A stretch of 64,000 nt of DNA from Harriotta raleighana. Lineage: Eukaryota. Below the pieces are notes generated by a model. The model had not been told where the DNA came from and did not search any database. It was given only the letters and a program-made list of their open reading frames with translations. The stretch is from NCBI GenBank assembly GCA_050575255.1, contig JBNZDD010013652.1, positions 2,637,080 through 2,701,079 on the forward strand, read 5' to 3'. A program made the translations under genes and the position numbers. This document shows positions 34,666 to 49,189 of this stretch, in pieces (position 1 is the stretch's first letter; the number at the start of each line of letters is the position of its first letter).

Positions 34666-35115
34666 GCAGAGGATGCAGAATGGATTAGGTCATTAGCAAT
34701 GAAGGGCAGACAGTATGGAAAGGAACCTCTTTGCCTGCCGTTTCATAACAGCCAAGAGTTGAGGGTCAAGCATATTGTCAGTCAAAATGTAGTCAGTGCT
34801 TGACTTAGCACTGTGCTGCATCGTCAAGCTCAGTAGACTATTTACTGCAAACATGTAACCATTCTCCTACCCCACCCCGCCCCCACCCCCACACACACTA
34901 CAGTCGTTTTAACGCTCTAAGACAAAGGTTTGGACAATTTGGGGACACTTCTGTCCGGGAATTCATTTGCACTGGGACTCAGGTTCAAACTGGTGAAATG
35001 AGTTTCACTTAGATTTTGTAACAGGCATCAAACCACAAGTGATGAGTTCTGCTCTGTCTAGATTGTTTTTGAAACCAGATCTGTATCAGTACCCAGAGAC
35101 ACACTGTTTCCCTAA

Positions 35116-35255
35116 CTCCAAATTTCAATTGATATTAGTTAGGTTTGTCTAAATTGTTCTTCCTGATGCTAACTATCATTTTCAGCTCCAAATTTCAATT
35201 GATATTAGTTAGGTTTGGCTAAATTATTCTTCCTGATGCTAACTACCATTTTCAG
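35116..35255. repeat. 70-bp tandem duplication with 3 mismatches
   Basis: 35116-35185 vs 35186-35255. Confidence 0.9.
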
Positions 35256-35719
35256 CATGGAAATAATAAGTAGTAAGGCAAACTTGAAGCAGGTTGATGA
35301 AGTCAATCCTTCCATGATGTTACTCACATTTCTTTCTATTCCTGTTTTATTTCCATGCTAGCCCTATAAATAGTTGTTGAGCAGTATTCCTCTGCGGTCT
35401 CCCATGAAATTTTCCTAAGAATTGGGGGTAATACAAAATCTGACACTTTCCTGAATGAAAAAACCCGCTTATTATGGGATAATTTTCACCAAAGGCTGAC
35501 CTCTCCACTTACACAACCTCACAAGATTGGTTCAAATGATGAAGGCCCTTCAGTGCATCTCATCCCTCCAGGATACCCACCCCATCACAGCATCAAGCTA
35601 TGTTTTAAATCACTCAAGTGTCCTGGTCTCAACAGTTCACAGGACTGATTTAAACCCTTCCTGGAAACTTGTATCGGTCATTAATTACTCTCTGAATAAA
35701 TACTTATTTGACCATTTTA

Positions 35720-35905
35720 TTCTCCAGTCATGGTGGAAACAACTTTCAAAAGGGAACTGGATAGTTACTTGAAAAGGAAAAAAAAAAATCACAGGGGGTT
35801 TAAAAAAGCAGGGGAGTAGGACTGATTGGATAGCTCTTCCAAAGAGCCAGCACAGAGCCCAACAGGCCGAATGGCCTCCTTCTGTGCTGTAATTTTCTAC
35901 GATAT
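35720..35905 (+). mobile_element. CR1-type 3' UTR fragment
   Basis: TTCAAAAGGGAACTGGATAG...TCTTCCAAAGAGCCAGCACAG...GGCCGAATGGCCTCCTTCTGTGCTGTAA, same tail type as 34590-34665. Confidence 0.75.
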
Positions 35906-36203
35906 CTCTTAAAACCCTCACGTGAATCTTATATATTGAAAGGTGTACATTTTATTTCAATTACTGCTCTTTGAACTATTCTGCATTTCGTGGAAAATGT
36001 AAGGTAGTTGTCCTTTCAAAGAGGAATGAATGCTCACAGTTTCTATTGTACAAGGGCACAGTTTATCCATGTGAAATTATGATTTGCGTGCTTTTAAAAT
36101 GGCTTGTAGCTGCTACCCTTTCATTCTTGTGTACTTGCATAACAGAGCAGAACAGAAGTGGTGTGTTTGGTATTTATTATCTGCGTCCTTTTGTCATTGA
36201 CAG

Positions 36204-36350
36204 AAGGTTGCCCTGGACTTTGCAATAGTAATGGAAGATGTACCCTCGACCAAAATGGCTGGCATTGCGTCTGCCAGATGGGGTGGAGAGGAGCAGGTTG
36301 TGACGTTGCTATGGAGACTGCGTGCACTGACAGCAAGGATAACGAAGGAG
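36204..36350 (+). CDS. TENM3: TENM3 exon, EGF repeat 8 and start of Cys-rich region ([13 protein letters not shown]...CTDSKDNEG)
   Basis: Acceptor tgacag|AAGGT, donor GGAG|gtaagg; 147 nt, phase 1-1. Confidence 0.96.
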
Positions 36351-37141
36351 GTAAGGGCAAAGAAATGTATGCACTTCACCTGTGGAAACATCAGTGGAGG
36401 TCAACAGAAAATCTCCTGAAAGAACAAAAACTAATTCTGGAACGATCGCAGGCATCTCAAAGCTGTGTAGAATCCTGATAATAACAGTGGTGTGATTCAG
36501 ACAAACCATTCAATTTAGCAGCAAAAATTTTTTAGGGTCAACTTGTCATCCCTAACCTTATTCCTTGCACCTCTTTACCTCTCCGCCTCATTCCTTTCTA
36601 CCTGACTTCACAGTCCACATATAAATCTACCTGTTTGACTGTGTCTACGGTCAACATCTGACCCTATCATTGTGAAGCGTCCCGAGGTACAAAGAGTTAA
36701 AACATTGATGTCAGGAACCAAATGAGTCCAAAAAAAAACACCAGTCCCCTGTTGACAGCAATCTATGTCTCTTTAATAGTATGTAGCAATATTATTTTTT
36801 AATGAACTTCTTGATGCCTTGGATCAGCTTAACTCTGCTTGTAGGAGATAACGTAATGAGAATCTGGTCATTACTTTTAAAGACCTTAAACATTAAGACA
36901 GAGGTTTAACAATGTCAACTGTTCATTACGGAGTGAGAGGTCTTCAATCATTGTTTTTGATGCGTGTTACAGAAAAACTCACCTCTTATCTTTGTTGTTT
37001 TTAAAAAGGTCACTTTTTAAAGCTTTTTACAAGCTCAATCACCCTGCTGCATTCATAGATTTCAGTGCTGAGCTATGAACAAGGAATCAAGCTTGCTTTG
37101 CCACATGGCATTTCTCTGCATTTCTCTGTTGTCATTTTGGA

Positions 37142-37461
37142 GTGGAGTTCTGTAGCTCAGTGGTTAGAGCACTCGCCCTACAAACGAGAAATCTGGGTTC
37201 AGTTCCAGCCAGGGTAAATCCTTGGGCAAGTTTCCTTACTCCACACATTTAATAATAATCCCTCAAAAAAACAATGATAATGTTTTCGCTTCAATCCATG
37301 ACTGTGGAACACTACTGTGTGCAATTGGCTGCCCCATTGGCTGCCGCATTTGGCTGCCTACATAAATACAGTCAAATCACTTTACAGTATATTCTGTGAA
37401 GCACTTTGAGACGTTTAGAAGGTGTGAAAAAGCGCTATAACAAAAGCAAGGATTATTATTA
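37142..37461 (+). mobile_element. tRNA-head Deu-type SINE, full length
   Basis: GTGGAGTTCTGTAGCTCAGTGGTTAGAGCACTCGCC head; core with TTGGCTGCC present three times; tail GCAAGGATTATTATT. Confidence 0.9.
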
Positions 37462-39338
37462 TTTTGCTCATTTTCCATTCTGCTATGGATGAAAATGTAG
37501 CATTTATTTGCAACTGTTCTCACGAGCATAACCCCATTTATCTTAGAATGTAGTCCCTTATGATAAAATGTTGAAAGCGGACTTGGTGTGAAGAAGGTTG
37601 CATTTATTCTTCCTTGCCAGCTTAAAGGGTGTCCCCATGAAATAAGTTTACGTTTTGGCACGAGTGAGCATCAACCACAGTGCAGGCCTGTGGTATCTTT
37701 TGCAAAAAATACCATTTAGTGTTTGCATCCCCCAGATACAATAAAGCCATTCACTTCATGACCGATTGTGGGACATTACTGTACAGGTGTTTGGCTGTAA
37801 GATCCACATTCACAGTAATTCTTGAGAAGCGATTTGAGGCATCTCGACCACATCATTGGGTCCACATCAAACACAAGGATTAATATTACCGTATTATATC
37901 GCCCATCTCCAATACCCAAAGTTATAAAGTAAAAGGACATGAAAGGTAGAAACAGTGGAACAATTTGAATATTCATGATACTATAATTTTGTATTCCTTT
38001 ACCTTTGAGTTTAACTTTATCTTCAACTGTTATGAATAGCGAAATACGTAAATGCTAATAAATTGGGTAGCAAGTTGGAGTTAATCTATATTTAGGTTTC
38101 CTTCTTTGCGCAATCAATAAATCTGCAAATGTGTAGCATTCTAGTACTAAGGAACATGAAATGAAGCCTTTAAAAATGAATAGGCAACAGAAAACTTCAA
38201 CCACGCTCCCCATCAGTCAGAACTTAGTATCATGCTGTGAGTTGTTCATTAAATACAATGTGTTGGTGAAGTGATTAGCTGGTGAAGTTGATGTCTAGTG
38301 TTCAGTGCTTTGATGGACGACATGAAGCAAAATAGGAATAGCAGTTATTTTTGAAGTACAATGGATGGAGTTTAATATATAGAAAAATCCTAAAGTCAAA
38401 GCAAAAATAGCAATAAAAAGTGTAATATATGTTTTGGCAGTGGAAAATTAATTCTCTTTGAACTTTGATTTGAAGTTGCGATATCCATAATTTAAGAATC
38501 CCATTTTGAATGTTGTAAAGTACGTTGTTCGTTCCCGTTTACATTCACATATTTAGAGGGGGTACTTGCTTACATATGTTTTCCTTACAGCATTCATTAT
38601 CTCGGACCTAAATTGTAGTAGTGCTCAAATCACTCTTGACGTAGTTTTAAAAATATTACATGAGGCATCGTCAGTGTGTTTGAAGCATACAATCAACTAT
38701 TTAAGTCGCATATAACCAGTACCACTATATTTGTTTGGAAGAGGTCCTAACCCCACAAATAGAGGGTAGTGCCCACCTTAGATCTGTTTAATTTATAATG
38801 GCCTCAGGCATTGGTAACATTGAAATATTTTGTAAGTTCATTAACTTAGAAATACTGTATGGGTAATAATGATAATAACGTACTCATGTACGTTGGCATC
38901 TTTCAAATAAACATCCCGCAGAGTTTAGTAAGTAAAATTCATTAGAAAGAGGCGAATATTGTAAAATAGGCTAACGTGGCAGCTAATCTTTTCCAGGACA
39001 GCCTAAACAACAATGAGATGAGCAGTCAGTTACAGTGCAATGATCCATTTTACTTCCACCTGAATGACAAGGCAGATAGAACCTAATTTATAATGTGATC
39101 AGAAAAGTTTGTTGCGGTTGCACTGATGTAAAAGCTGCATTTTTTACATTGGTTTCAATCAACTGAGATACAAAGAACAAAAAAAGTCATTGCTTTTGTG
39201 AGTTAACGCATCGTTTCACAGACCAGAAATATCTGATTTTACCCACTCCACAGTTTGGCCTAGGGGTATTACCAGCCTTGTAGATAAGTGGTGCACCTGA
39301 ATATAAGATCTGATAAGATATATCTGTTAACCGTGATA

Positions 39339-39865
39339 CAGTAAAAGCCCGTTTATCCAGCACCTGCAGGACCTGGCCAGTGCCGGTTAAACGGCTTGTC
39401 GGTTAAACAGTCGGATCCAACGCCGAAAACCAACACAATTTTTAAAAAAACTTATTTTAACACATACCATGTTTATAATAGACTAAATAATAACAGATAA
39501 CAGAATATTGTATGGGTACTTTATTGTAAATGTTCTACACTGTACCATATAAATAATAGACTAAATACAGTAATAGCAGATATTGTAATAACAGAATATT
39601 GTATTGGTACTTTTATTTATACTTAACTTCTGCAATGGCGGATGCCACGGGAGGAAAAAACATGGCTGCACGACTTTAAGGCTCTACTAGTGGCGAGCCG
39701 AAATACCTGTACAATACTCTTGGGCGACAATCGATTCATTAAATGCTCCACTGCTATTGTGCCGGATAACATCCGGTTAATCAGATGGGGACTTTTTTTT
39801 TTTTAAACGTACCAGTTATATAGAAGTTCCGGTTGATCGAGTCACAGATAAACAAGCCTTTACTG
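39339..39865 (-). mobile_element. Tigger-type deletion derivative of the 6899-7689 family, non-coding
   Basis: TA|CAGTAAAAGCCCGTTTATCC ... GATAAACAAGCCTTTACTG|TA; both subterminal regions match the reverse complement of 6899-7689. Confidence 0.88.
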
Positions 39866-41134
39866 TACTTTAATTGTATGCAAGCTCTAATGCTCTATTA
39901 CGCCTGCAAAAGTGCTTAACAGTACTTTTTAGAGTTTTTAAAATAAAATTCAAATATATGGTGCTCCTGCATGGGTTTTATGGTCCATTTAAATGATCAT
40001 CATAAAATGTGAACTATTGAAGGACATTTGTGAACACCATGATTGAGTGCTGCTCCCCTAGCTTATAGGTCACAAAGTTCAATCAAAGTTTCTGTCTGTC
40101 ACTCACACATGCTTGGTTCAGTTGAATGCATTTACACTAAAGGAAACACTGCAATGTAGTGAATAGAACATTTATTTGATGGCATCCAGTCAAATTGTGC
40201 ATAAAATAATGGGACATTGCACTCCAAATTCAAGTGTGGAGCCTCTGAAAATAGGTCAAGGAGTATTCATCAGTGAGAAGCAGATGAACAGTTTCACTGT
40301 TGGGATGGCAATTTTGACTTTCTGATCCATTTACTGTAATAATGAGGTGAATCACGATGAATTTACCACGTTTTAATTGAGTTATTTTCAGCTGAAATAT
40401 CCCGTTAAACGTAATTGTTTCTGCCCGAATGCAAATGTCTATAGGATGTTAAATCTATTATTAATCAATGGCTTTGCAGAAATATTAGTGGTTTATTTAC
40501 CATTTGGATCTTTAGCCAAGTTAATACTGCAGTGAGCTAATGTTATGCAAGGATGAAATAATTAATATCTTTGCCAACTTTAGCAGAGAAATATTCAACT
40601 GGTAGTTTTGTATACTCAACCAGGTGGTTTTGAATATACCTGTGTTCCCACATTAAATTCACGTGTTTATTCCAGTAACAGTTCCAATAGTTCCAATTCC
40701 ATTTTAAGGAGCTGATCCATTTACTTATTTATGAAAGCATTCCTAGTTAGCTATTTGCACCAAACTCATAAATAATCCTCCCACTCAGTTGCTGTTAACC
40801 CCGCTCGTCCAAACCCTAAAGGATTGGGTGGTCCTCAAAGACTAATCAAGAGGAAGCTCGCCAGAAAGTGCTTTCATTTCCAAGCTATATACAGTATATT
40901 GTTTTAACTTGTTAAACTTGTTAAACAGCAGTATTCAAATACATATTATGGGTATATCCTTCTAGGAGAGAGAGAACTTCCCACTCTAGTCACAACAACA
41001 ACAACAAAATTAAATTTATACAGTGTCTTTCACGGTGCAGGGATATCCCAAGGCACTTCAGTTGCAAGGAAATTTCCATGTGTATGTAGCAAACATACAT
41101 ACAACTCTCAAATCTCTTAAGAATGTTCCTCGTT

Positions 41135-41527
41135 TCTCATTTTCAAGGCCCTCCACCCTTGACTCTCGTACTTCTCTGACCTGGTGATCCCCTATCAACC
41201 TTCGTTTAGCAGGCTCCGGCCTGCTCCATGTCTCCCACACGGTCTATCTTACCATCAGTGACTGAGCTTTCAGCCTCTCTGCCCCCATCTTTGAAACTCC
41301 ATCCCACAATCTTTCACCTCGCTCTCTCCCTTGCCTCCTTCAAGACCAATCTCAAAATCCTCCATTTTGACTGAGCCTTCAGCCGCTCCCTATCTCTCTG
41401 CTCTCCCTCAACCCAACCCTGCCCCACACCCATGCTCAGGTCCCAATCCCTGACTGTTCAGCGCTGTGGGCTGTCCTCCTGACATGAAAGGAGCTCTATA
41501 AATGTAATTTTGTTGTTCTTGTTGTTA
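41135..41527 (+). mobile_element. L2-clade LINE 3' fragment
   Basis: Similar to 21310-21695 (TTTCAGCCTCTCTGCCCC, CTTGCCTCCTTCAAGACC, CTATAAATGTAATTTTGTTGTT). Confidence 0.85.
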
Positions 41528-42989
41528 TGATGTTTGGTTTCTGTGTGTGTCAATCACCCACCTGACCAATCATCCTTCCCCCCATGTCTGATTGCTTTCC
41601 AATTGCACATGCTTGAGAAAGAACACCCTTGAGAACCCAAAAGGCAGTATTCTCACTGCCCTTCAGAAACAAGCTAAAGGCAGCAGGTGCAGTAAGACTG
41701 ATTTCATTTAGAACTTTTACATCCGGCAGGGAAAGATTTTCATCCTATTTGAGCTCGCGTTCCAGAACTGAAAACACAATTCTAATTCCCTGAGCTGTCG
41801 CTAACAGGAATCCCTAATTCTATTCAACACAAGGTTCAACTTCCTTTTTAATCGATCTTACTGAGGCCTGGTTGGGATACAACAACAACAAAATTGCATT
41901 TATAGAGCACCCTTCACGTTGGGAAGGCACTGGATACCATATTTGTTCCAGATAAATTGCTATTGTATTTCAGTTTCTCAATGATTTTACCCTGCTCATA
42001 ACCTTGGATTCCCAACTGGTATATGAATCACAGAGAAGCAAACTTTTCATTGTGGGGTCAGTATTGAAATGTGAACACTATAAAAGTGAACCTTTTTGCT
42101 TTAGAGCAATGTGGGATAACCTCAATTGAGTGTTGACACACCTTTCAGAGAAGAAAGAATGACATGATTCTCAAAAATGTCATCCCAGCTAATTGATTCG
42201 GAATGATATATTGTAAAAAAAACTATTGTCTGGCACTTTTTTATCCTTTAACCAGCAAAATAACAGCTTGGATTTATATAGCACCTTCCATGTAGGGTAA
42301 TGTCTTGGAGCTCTTCACAGGGGCAGAGTTGGACACTGAGAAAGTGAGAAATGGGAAGGGTGACATTTTATTATAGTAGAAATAAAAACGTTACAATCTG
42401 AGCAAGTTCAGAATAAGATAACGTGTTCTATTCCCAGTTTGAGTCAAGTAGCATCATATCAGTTCTTGCAACATGACACAACAGTGACAGCCAACGCACC
42501 CACTCCCTCCAGCCAATTCTCGTTCAGTTCAGCCATTCACAGTCTAATTCCCACTGCTGGGACTGCCAAAATCAATAGCACTGAATCTCATATGAATATT
42601 TTGATTCTGATGGCAGCGCACTTAGACGCTGTAGGGTTCACTCTCACAGTTTATGACATTACATTGTCCCATGTGTTATAGCCTGGTAACTCACTCCTGT
42701 GTGTATGTTCTTCATATTACAAATGAATTGTCATTATTCCTTGGAGCTTTCTGGAATGATTTCTATGCATGGTTCAACAATCTTCACACTACAAATGAAT
42801 AGTGATACTTTGCAATATTATAACCTATTAGAACACCAAAGGTTATCATGCAGTGTTCCAACAGCTGCTGTGAATGTTTTGTTAGGTCTTATGTGTTAAA
42901 GTAAACGTTACTGCAGCAGTGAATACCATATCTTCACTAATTGGGACTGGCCTAATTGGGTAACTGGAAACAGTGTATATATCAGGCCT

Positions 42990-43443
42990 CTGTTGCTTGT
43001 CCACACATTCGTCACATCAAGGCTTGACTATGGAAACTCCCTCCTCGTCGGCCTTCACGGCTCTTCCCTTCATAAGCTGCAGAACATCCAAACTCTGCAG
43101 CTCGTGTCCTCTCCCGCACCAAGCTTCACAACCACATCACTCCCACCCTGTCCGGCTCCATTGGTTCCCATCCCCCAGAGGATCGAATTCAAGATCTTCG
43201 TCCTCACTTTCAAGGCCTTGCCCACTCCTATCTCTCCGACCTACTGTCTCCCTATGAACCTCCCCGCTCCCTCCATTCAGCAGGCTCCAGTCTGCTCCAT
43301 GTCCCCCGCCCGATCTGCCCTACCATCGGTGGACGGATTTCAGCCTCTCTGCCTCCACACTCTGGAACTCCATCCAACAGTCCCTTCGCCTCACGTTCTC
43401 CCGACATAAAAGGCACTCTATAAATGTAATTTTGTTATTGTTG
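42990..43443 (+). mobile_element. L2-clade LINE 3' fragment
   Basis: LVHTFVTSRLDYGNSLLVGL...KLQNIQ...PIPQRIEFKI in ORF 42993..43409; same tail. Confidence 0.9.
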
Positions 43444-45945
43444 TGTGTGCTTGTATGTGTTTGCCTCTCTCTCTCTTTCTGTCTCTCTAATCCTCTTTGA
43501 GATGAGGTTTCAGAGTCTGTTGCAGCACAACTGGCTCATAGGAGATATGCTTAGTAATGGAATATCATAATTGAGCCGACCATCTGTGGTATTCTTGGTA
43601 GATTAGCTCCTGATTTGGAGATTTGGAGGAGCAGTCTAGTCATTGGGAGCAGGAATTCTCCCCTTTCAGCTTTTATTAACTCTGCAAGTCACAATCCTTA
43701 TGCATAGGATGAGCAAAAGAAAGCTTCCCTTACAGTACTCTCAATGGCAAGCTAATCAGTTTGAGTTAGTTGAACTCCAGTAGAATTCCGATGGACACTT
43801 TAAACTTTCTAAAATCTCCAAACCTTGGCGCTTATTAACCAGCATCTAATACTCTCCAAAATTCGTAAGCAACAGCAACAACAACAACAAAATTACACTT
43901 GGGAAACAGGATGCATTCCTCCCAATACCTACAGTCACGTACATGTAAACTAAAAATTGTTTTGCTGGCAATGCGCTCCAGCTTCCTTGCCACATTTTAG
44001 GGTCCCAATGTGAGTAAGTGGATATGCAAGTAGTCAGTCATGTGGCATTCTACTCTATAGACATCAGAACAGAGCCTGATCACCTCAAAATGCTGGTGAT
44101 GCAATTATTGAAAAATGCTATGCCTCTATTTCTTGTAGTAATGATATCCCACAAAATCTTTTGTTTAAATCTTCCATGTACATATCTTATTCCATAATTT
44201 TTATTTGAAAAGCGCTGTTGTCAGAGGTGCTGAGATCTCGTGTTTACTATTATTGGTTTCCTGGCTTTTTGACCAGTTTCCATAATGTGGATAGCTCTAA
44301 TGTGATAAGATCTATTCAGTACCAAGTGCACTTCACAATGTGACAAGCCAGTAGATACCTCCGTTCTCCCATTGCAATGCAATTCTGCACAGCTCGTGTT
44401 GCCTGAACTACTTGAACAATAGTGCAATGAAGTTAAAGCAAGTAAATAATTCTGGGTTCCATGAACACATCACACAATGACAAATAGCTTCTCCGTTCGA
44501 GAAAAAAACAGTTTAACAGCTATCCGTCACTCACTCGAGCAAGTAGCTGATAAACTCCATCACAAAATAACCAAACACTTCAGGCTCCTTCTCAGCAGCT
44601 GAAAATGAGATTCTTGTTTCTGATTGATGTTCGTGGAGGAGCTTGTAAAAATGCATTTCCAGCTGATTAGTTCTGAGGGTGTCAATCTCATGCAGTTTTA
44701 TGACCCGCAGACTACATGCCAGATGTACATTTGCTTTACATAATCTAACAAAGACGAATTACTAAATTTCAGTGTGCCTCTTTCTGTACTTCTCACTATA
44801 TTTCCTGGGGGAGAAATTATACAGCAGTGCTAAAAGAGAACATTAACTCTTGTAGTTCTACAATTGTATTTACTCTGCAGAATAGTCCATGAGAAAAGTA
44901 AATACAAGGGAAGGGGACCAAGGAAACATTGGTGTTTTATTTTTCCACCCCATTCTTAGGACTATTCTTTCTAAGAAGGGTCTAACATGTTATACAGTGG
45001 AGAGGGAGGAAAGTAGCATAGAAAGTCTTCTCAGCTTTTATTATGGCAATATCATACCAGGGGTGAGTGGGACATAAAAACTTCCTCACAAAGAAGGGAG
45101 GTAAACATTAAAGGAGATATACATCACTCCAAGCTGCTATTGTGCTCCTTCACATGATTTAGTATTCCAAAGGTTTGCACATAAGTATCTTGCTTATTTT
45201 CTGACTAGAAATGGCACTGAGGTGGGAGAGAGATAAACTAATAAAATACCAAAAAAGTGGGATATTTAAAAAAAATTAAAGAATTATTTCTTAGGCAATC
45301 ACTTGCAAAATGCCCAGTTCCTGCACTTTAATGGATATTTTGTGAAGTATTTGAAGAAATCCTCTCAAATTGAAAGATGCTATGCCAAATGCTAACATTA
45401 TTAGTATTATAACATCAATATTTTGCATAAAGCTTTGAAACATATCACAGTATTAGAATTCTTCTTATTTACAGATATACACACAATTCTGCAGTATTGT
45501 TGGTTTGTATGATGTGTGGGATTTCAATTTGCAGATCATTACTTGGAAGGAAGGAGGGAAGTTAAACTTCTATTTTGGCTTTTGCAAGATTTAGAAGAAT
45601 ATTTTGGACATAAGTTGAGGATGCTTTTACATCTTAGTATGGGCCTTGAGAATAATTCTAGACATTCTTGGTTTTGTTCATTTTTACACTTATTTTTCTC
45701 CATTGACATCTGGATATACAGGAAACAAGATCCTGGCAATAGTTGCAGGACAACAAGAAATAATAATGCTTACATTTGATGTGGTTACTCTCTCTCATTG
45801 GGAGGATGCCTCAAAACACTTCACGGGTTTTTACTGCACAATGTATTTTGTAGGTGAAAAACACTAAGTCAATTAGAGTTGAGGTAAAGATCAACCTAAT
45901 AGAATGGTGGAACAGGCTCAAGGGGCTGAATGGACTACTCCTGCT

Positions 45946-46205
45946 CCTACAACAACAACCAAATTACACTTATATAGCACCTTTCACGTCAGGAGAACGT
46001 CCCAAGGCGTGGAAAGTCATTGTGTCAGACCCAATCTGGGGACGGAGTGGGGAGGAAAGGGGGGGATTAGGAGTTGCCGGTGGGACCATCAAAGAGGAGA
46101 GTTTTGAGGCGGGTCTTGAAGGAGGCCAAGGAGGGGGCGAGGCAGAGGGACTGCGGGAAGGAGTTCCAGAGGTGGGGGAAGAGTGGATAAAGGCTCCTAG
46201 TTCCT
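45946..46205 (-). mobile_element. L2-clade LINE 3' fragment
   Basis: LWNSFPQSLCLAPSLASFKTRLKTLLF in ORF 46067..46255; tail ACAACAACAACCAAATTACACTTATATAGCACC. Confidence 0.85.
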
Positions 46206-47035
46206 AAGCGGACAATTTGCATCCAGCAATGTCCCACAAACAGCCGTGAAACCAATGATCAGTTTTATCTGAGGGAATTGTTGACCAGGATCCTCGGAGA
46301 AACTCCCTTCTGTGGAATCTATCCCGCAGACCCTCCACCTCACCCTATCTCTTGCCTCCTTCAAGACCCACATCAAGGCAATCCTCCATGCTTTTCATCA
46401 ACCTCCTTACCCCCCCCTGACCTCTACACTCCCCAAACTTGACCCCAGCTTGAGGCTGAAATACCTTGGGACAACCTCATCACAAATAAACAGTCAATTC
46501 ACTTTACAGTATATTCTGTAAAGCTCTTTGAAACCTCCATAAGATGTGAAAAGCGCTATATCAAATAATAGGAGTATTATTATTAAGTGAAAGGCACTAT
46601 ACAAATGTAATTTTGTTATTATTATTGTTGTTCTCCCTTGTCTGAGAAAGAGCTGAATCTTAGAAAAAGAAAGCAAAAGTCAGCTGCTGTTCTCAATGCC
46701 ACAAAGTGTTAAAGATAAAAATAAGTTTTGGACCTCTGGATAAGGTTTCCAAATAAGCAAAATGCTTCCCTTATTCTATTTACCCCTTATCCATCATCCT
46801 TTAATTAAAATAATGTTTTCGTTGAATTGACTTAGAATTCATTACTAGTTAATTATAATATATGCCCAATTAATTGGTACTATAACCCAATCTTTGTTTA
46901 GCAGATTTTTCAAAGTACAATATTGTGCAATTTTATAGTTTTTGTTAAAAATGGGACGTAGTATGGACCTCAGTTGAACTGTTAACAAATGAAAACATTT
47001 GTTTGGATGAAAAAATCAATAATAAATTGTTCCTT

Positions 47036-47190
47036 TTCAATTCATGACTGTGGAACACTGCTGTGCGCAATTGGCTGTTGCATTTCGCCCACATATATAC
47101 AGTCAATTCACCTTACAGTATCTTCTGTGAAGTGATTTGAGACGTCTAGAAGACGTGAAAAGCACTATATCAAATGCAAGGATTATTATT
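47036..47190 (+). mobile_element. Deu-type SINE 3' half
   Basis: CACTGCTGTGCGCAATTGGCTG...GTGAAAAGCACTATATCAAATGCAAGGATTATTATT. Confidence 0.85.
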
Positions 47191-48972
47191 CATTTTAATA
47201 CAGTGCTGTAGTGGAAGATCCTCCTTTGCTAATGGCCAAAATGGTGCATGTTAGCTTTACAGTTGTAATAATTTGGCAAATTTATTGATCAGATTCTTTT
47301 GAAGGTAAAATGAGCAAGTTGCTCTGATGACCCAGTAGAGGGCTGTGGCATCACCCAGTGTACTACTGGATCATAGAGACCAGTAAGTTCACATTTGACT
47401 CTCAGTGAGTGCTGAATTAACTCGGAAGAGTGCTGTAATTCATCTCCACGACACTGGTTTAAGGAGGAACTAATTAGTTAGGGTTCCTGCTTTACACTGC
47501 AGAAAAGGAAAATGGGTCAGTTCCCTGCAGGAGAAGGAGAGTTGAGCAGAGCAGAGAAATAGATGGGAGTAAAAGAGGTAGTAGTCCTTGGGATGTGTAC
47601 AAAAAACATTAGGTGAAGGAATCAGACGCTAGGAGGCGGCTTTCATCTTGTGGATGTTAATTCTACCCAGTGGGTTACTTAGACTACAAACATTTCAAAT
47701 GAGTTTCAAAAAGTTCTGTAGCTGGGAAACATCCCTAAAATTTCAAGACAATTCTGTCCAGTTAAACAAGTTCAATTGAAATTGTATTTCTACAAGAAAG
47801 ACCTTACTATCCAGTTTCACCAATGGGATACCTGTAAACATCTAATTAAGTAGTATTGGGTATCTTTTGGTCAGGACTTTGAACTCACTTTGAGCTGACA
47901 TCAAATGCAGTGCTAGGGCAATGTTTGAGATACAGTCCATTCAAATGAAATGTTAATCTATGGTCCCATCTGCCTGTTCAGGTGGACATCTCATAACACT
48001 ATTCAAAAAGAAACATGAGTTTCTGCCTCCTGGCCAAACAATACTCCAGATAAAATTGGTCATTCACTTTCTAGCTGTTTGTGTGATATTGCTGTGTACA
48101 AATTAGTAGCTCTGTTGGCCTACAAAATATACAGCCACTACACTTTACAATGCCCTCTTGACGTGAAAAGCTTGATATGAAACAGAAAGATTATTATTAT
48201 TTTATCATTTTTCGAATGCTGAAGAAACACAGTAGTATGGGTATCCGGGAAGTTTGAGATTGAATGGGATGATTAGTATCTGAAGGTCTCTCGTTATTTT
48301 GTGAAAGTGGCTACTGTTGTTATTCATTTTAAAAGTTAGGTGCTTGCCATTAGTAATCATTAATTTGCATCAAATAATTGCAAGAACCAGTTTCTTTTTG
48401 GGGGGAGAAGGGGTGCTTTTATCAGGCATTAAATGGTTTACATGCACAAATGCATTTGGTGAATCCATTGATCAATTTTGATTGCATTGTGCTTGGGGCA
48501 AAGTGCATTGATTTATTAGGTTTGTCAGCATGGATGTACAGAGACTGGGAGTAATGCGCATTAAGGGTTGAAGCAATTTGCTTCTGAAGCCGCAGGGTTT
48601 GATTCAGCGGGATCGGCAGTGGGGGGGTGGGGGTACAGCCTAACAGTAGTTAGGGTAGCTACCTTCGCTTCAGTCAGGTCCCAGTTCTTCATTTACTCCT
48701 TTGCGTCACCAAGCAAGGAGTCCGAATGGCCTCCAAAATGATGACGTTCAAAATAGCCAGGACTCACTTTCTCTCTCGCAAACGTTCTGTTCCAATTTGA
48801 AGATAGCTGTTATTTCCAATCAATGAATACGGGCACAAAAGTTTGCTTTCCGCTGGCCTGATGTTTGGCATTTTATGAGTTAACAAAACCAACTGGGCAG
48901 TTGGAGCTCCTCAAATGTGGTGGATGAATAGTGACTAATACATTTCTCCCTTGACTGATTTCCATTCTGCAG

Positions 48973-49189
48973 ATGGACTTGTAGATTGCATGGACCCTGA
49001 TTGCTGCTTACACAGTTCCTGTCAGAACCAGCCCTCCTGCCACGGTTCTCCCGACCCATTAGATATTATCGGTCAAAGCCAGCAGCCACCCTCTCAGCAA
49101 GCTGCCAAGTCCTTCTATGATCGAATCAAATTTCTTATTGGACCAGACAGCAGTCATGTCCTACCTGGGGAAAATCCTTTCAACAAAAG
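48973..49189 (+). CDS. TENM3: TENM3 exon, Cys-rich region ([12 protein letters not shown]...GENPFNK)
   Basis: Acceptor ctgcag|ATGGA, donor AAAG|gttagt; 217 nt, phase 1 to 2. Confidence 0.96.
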
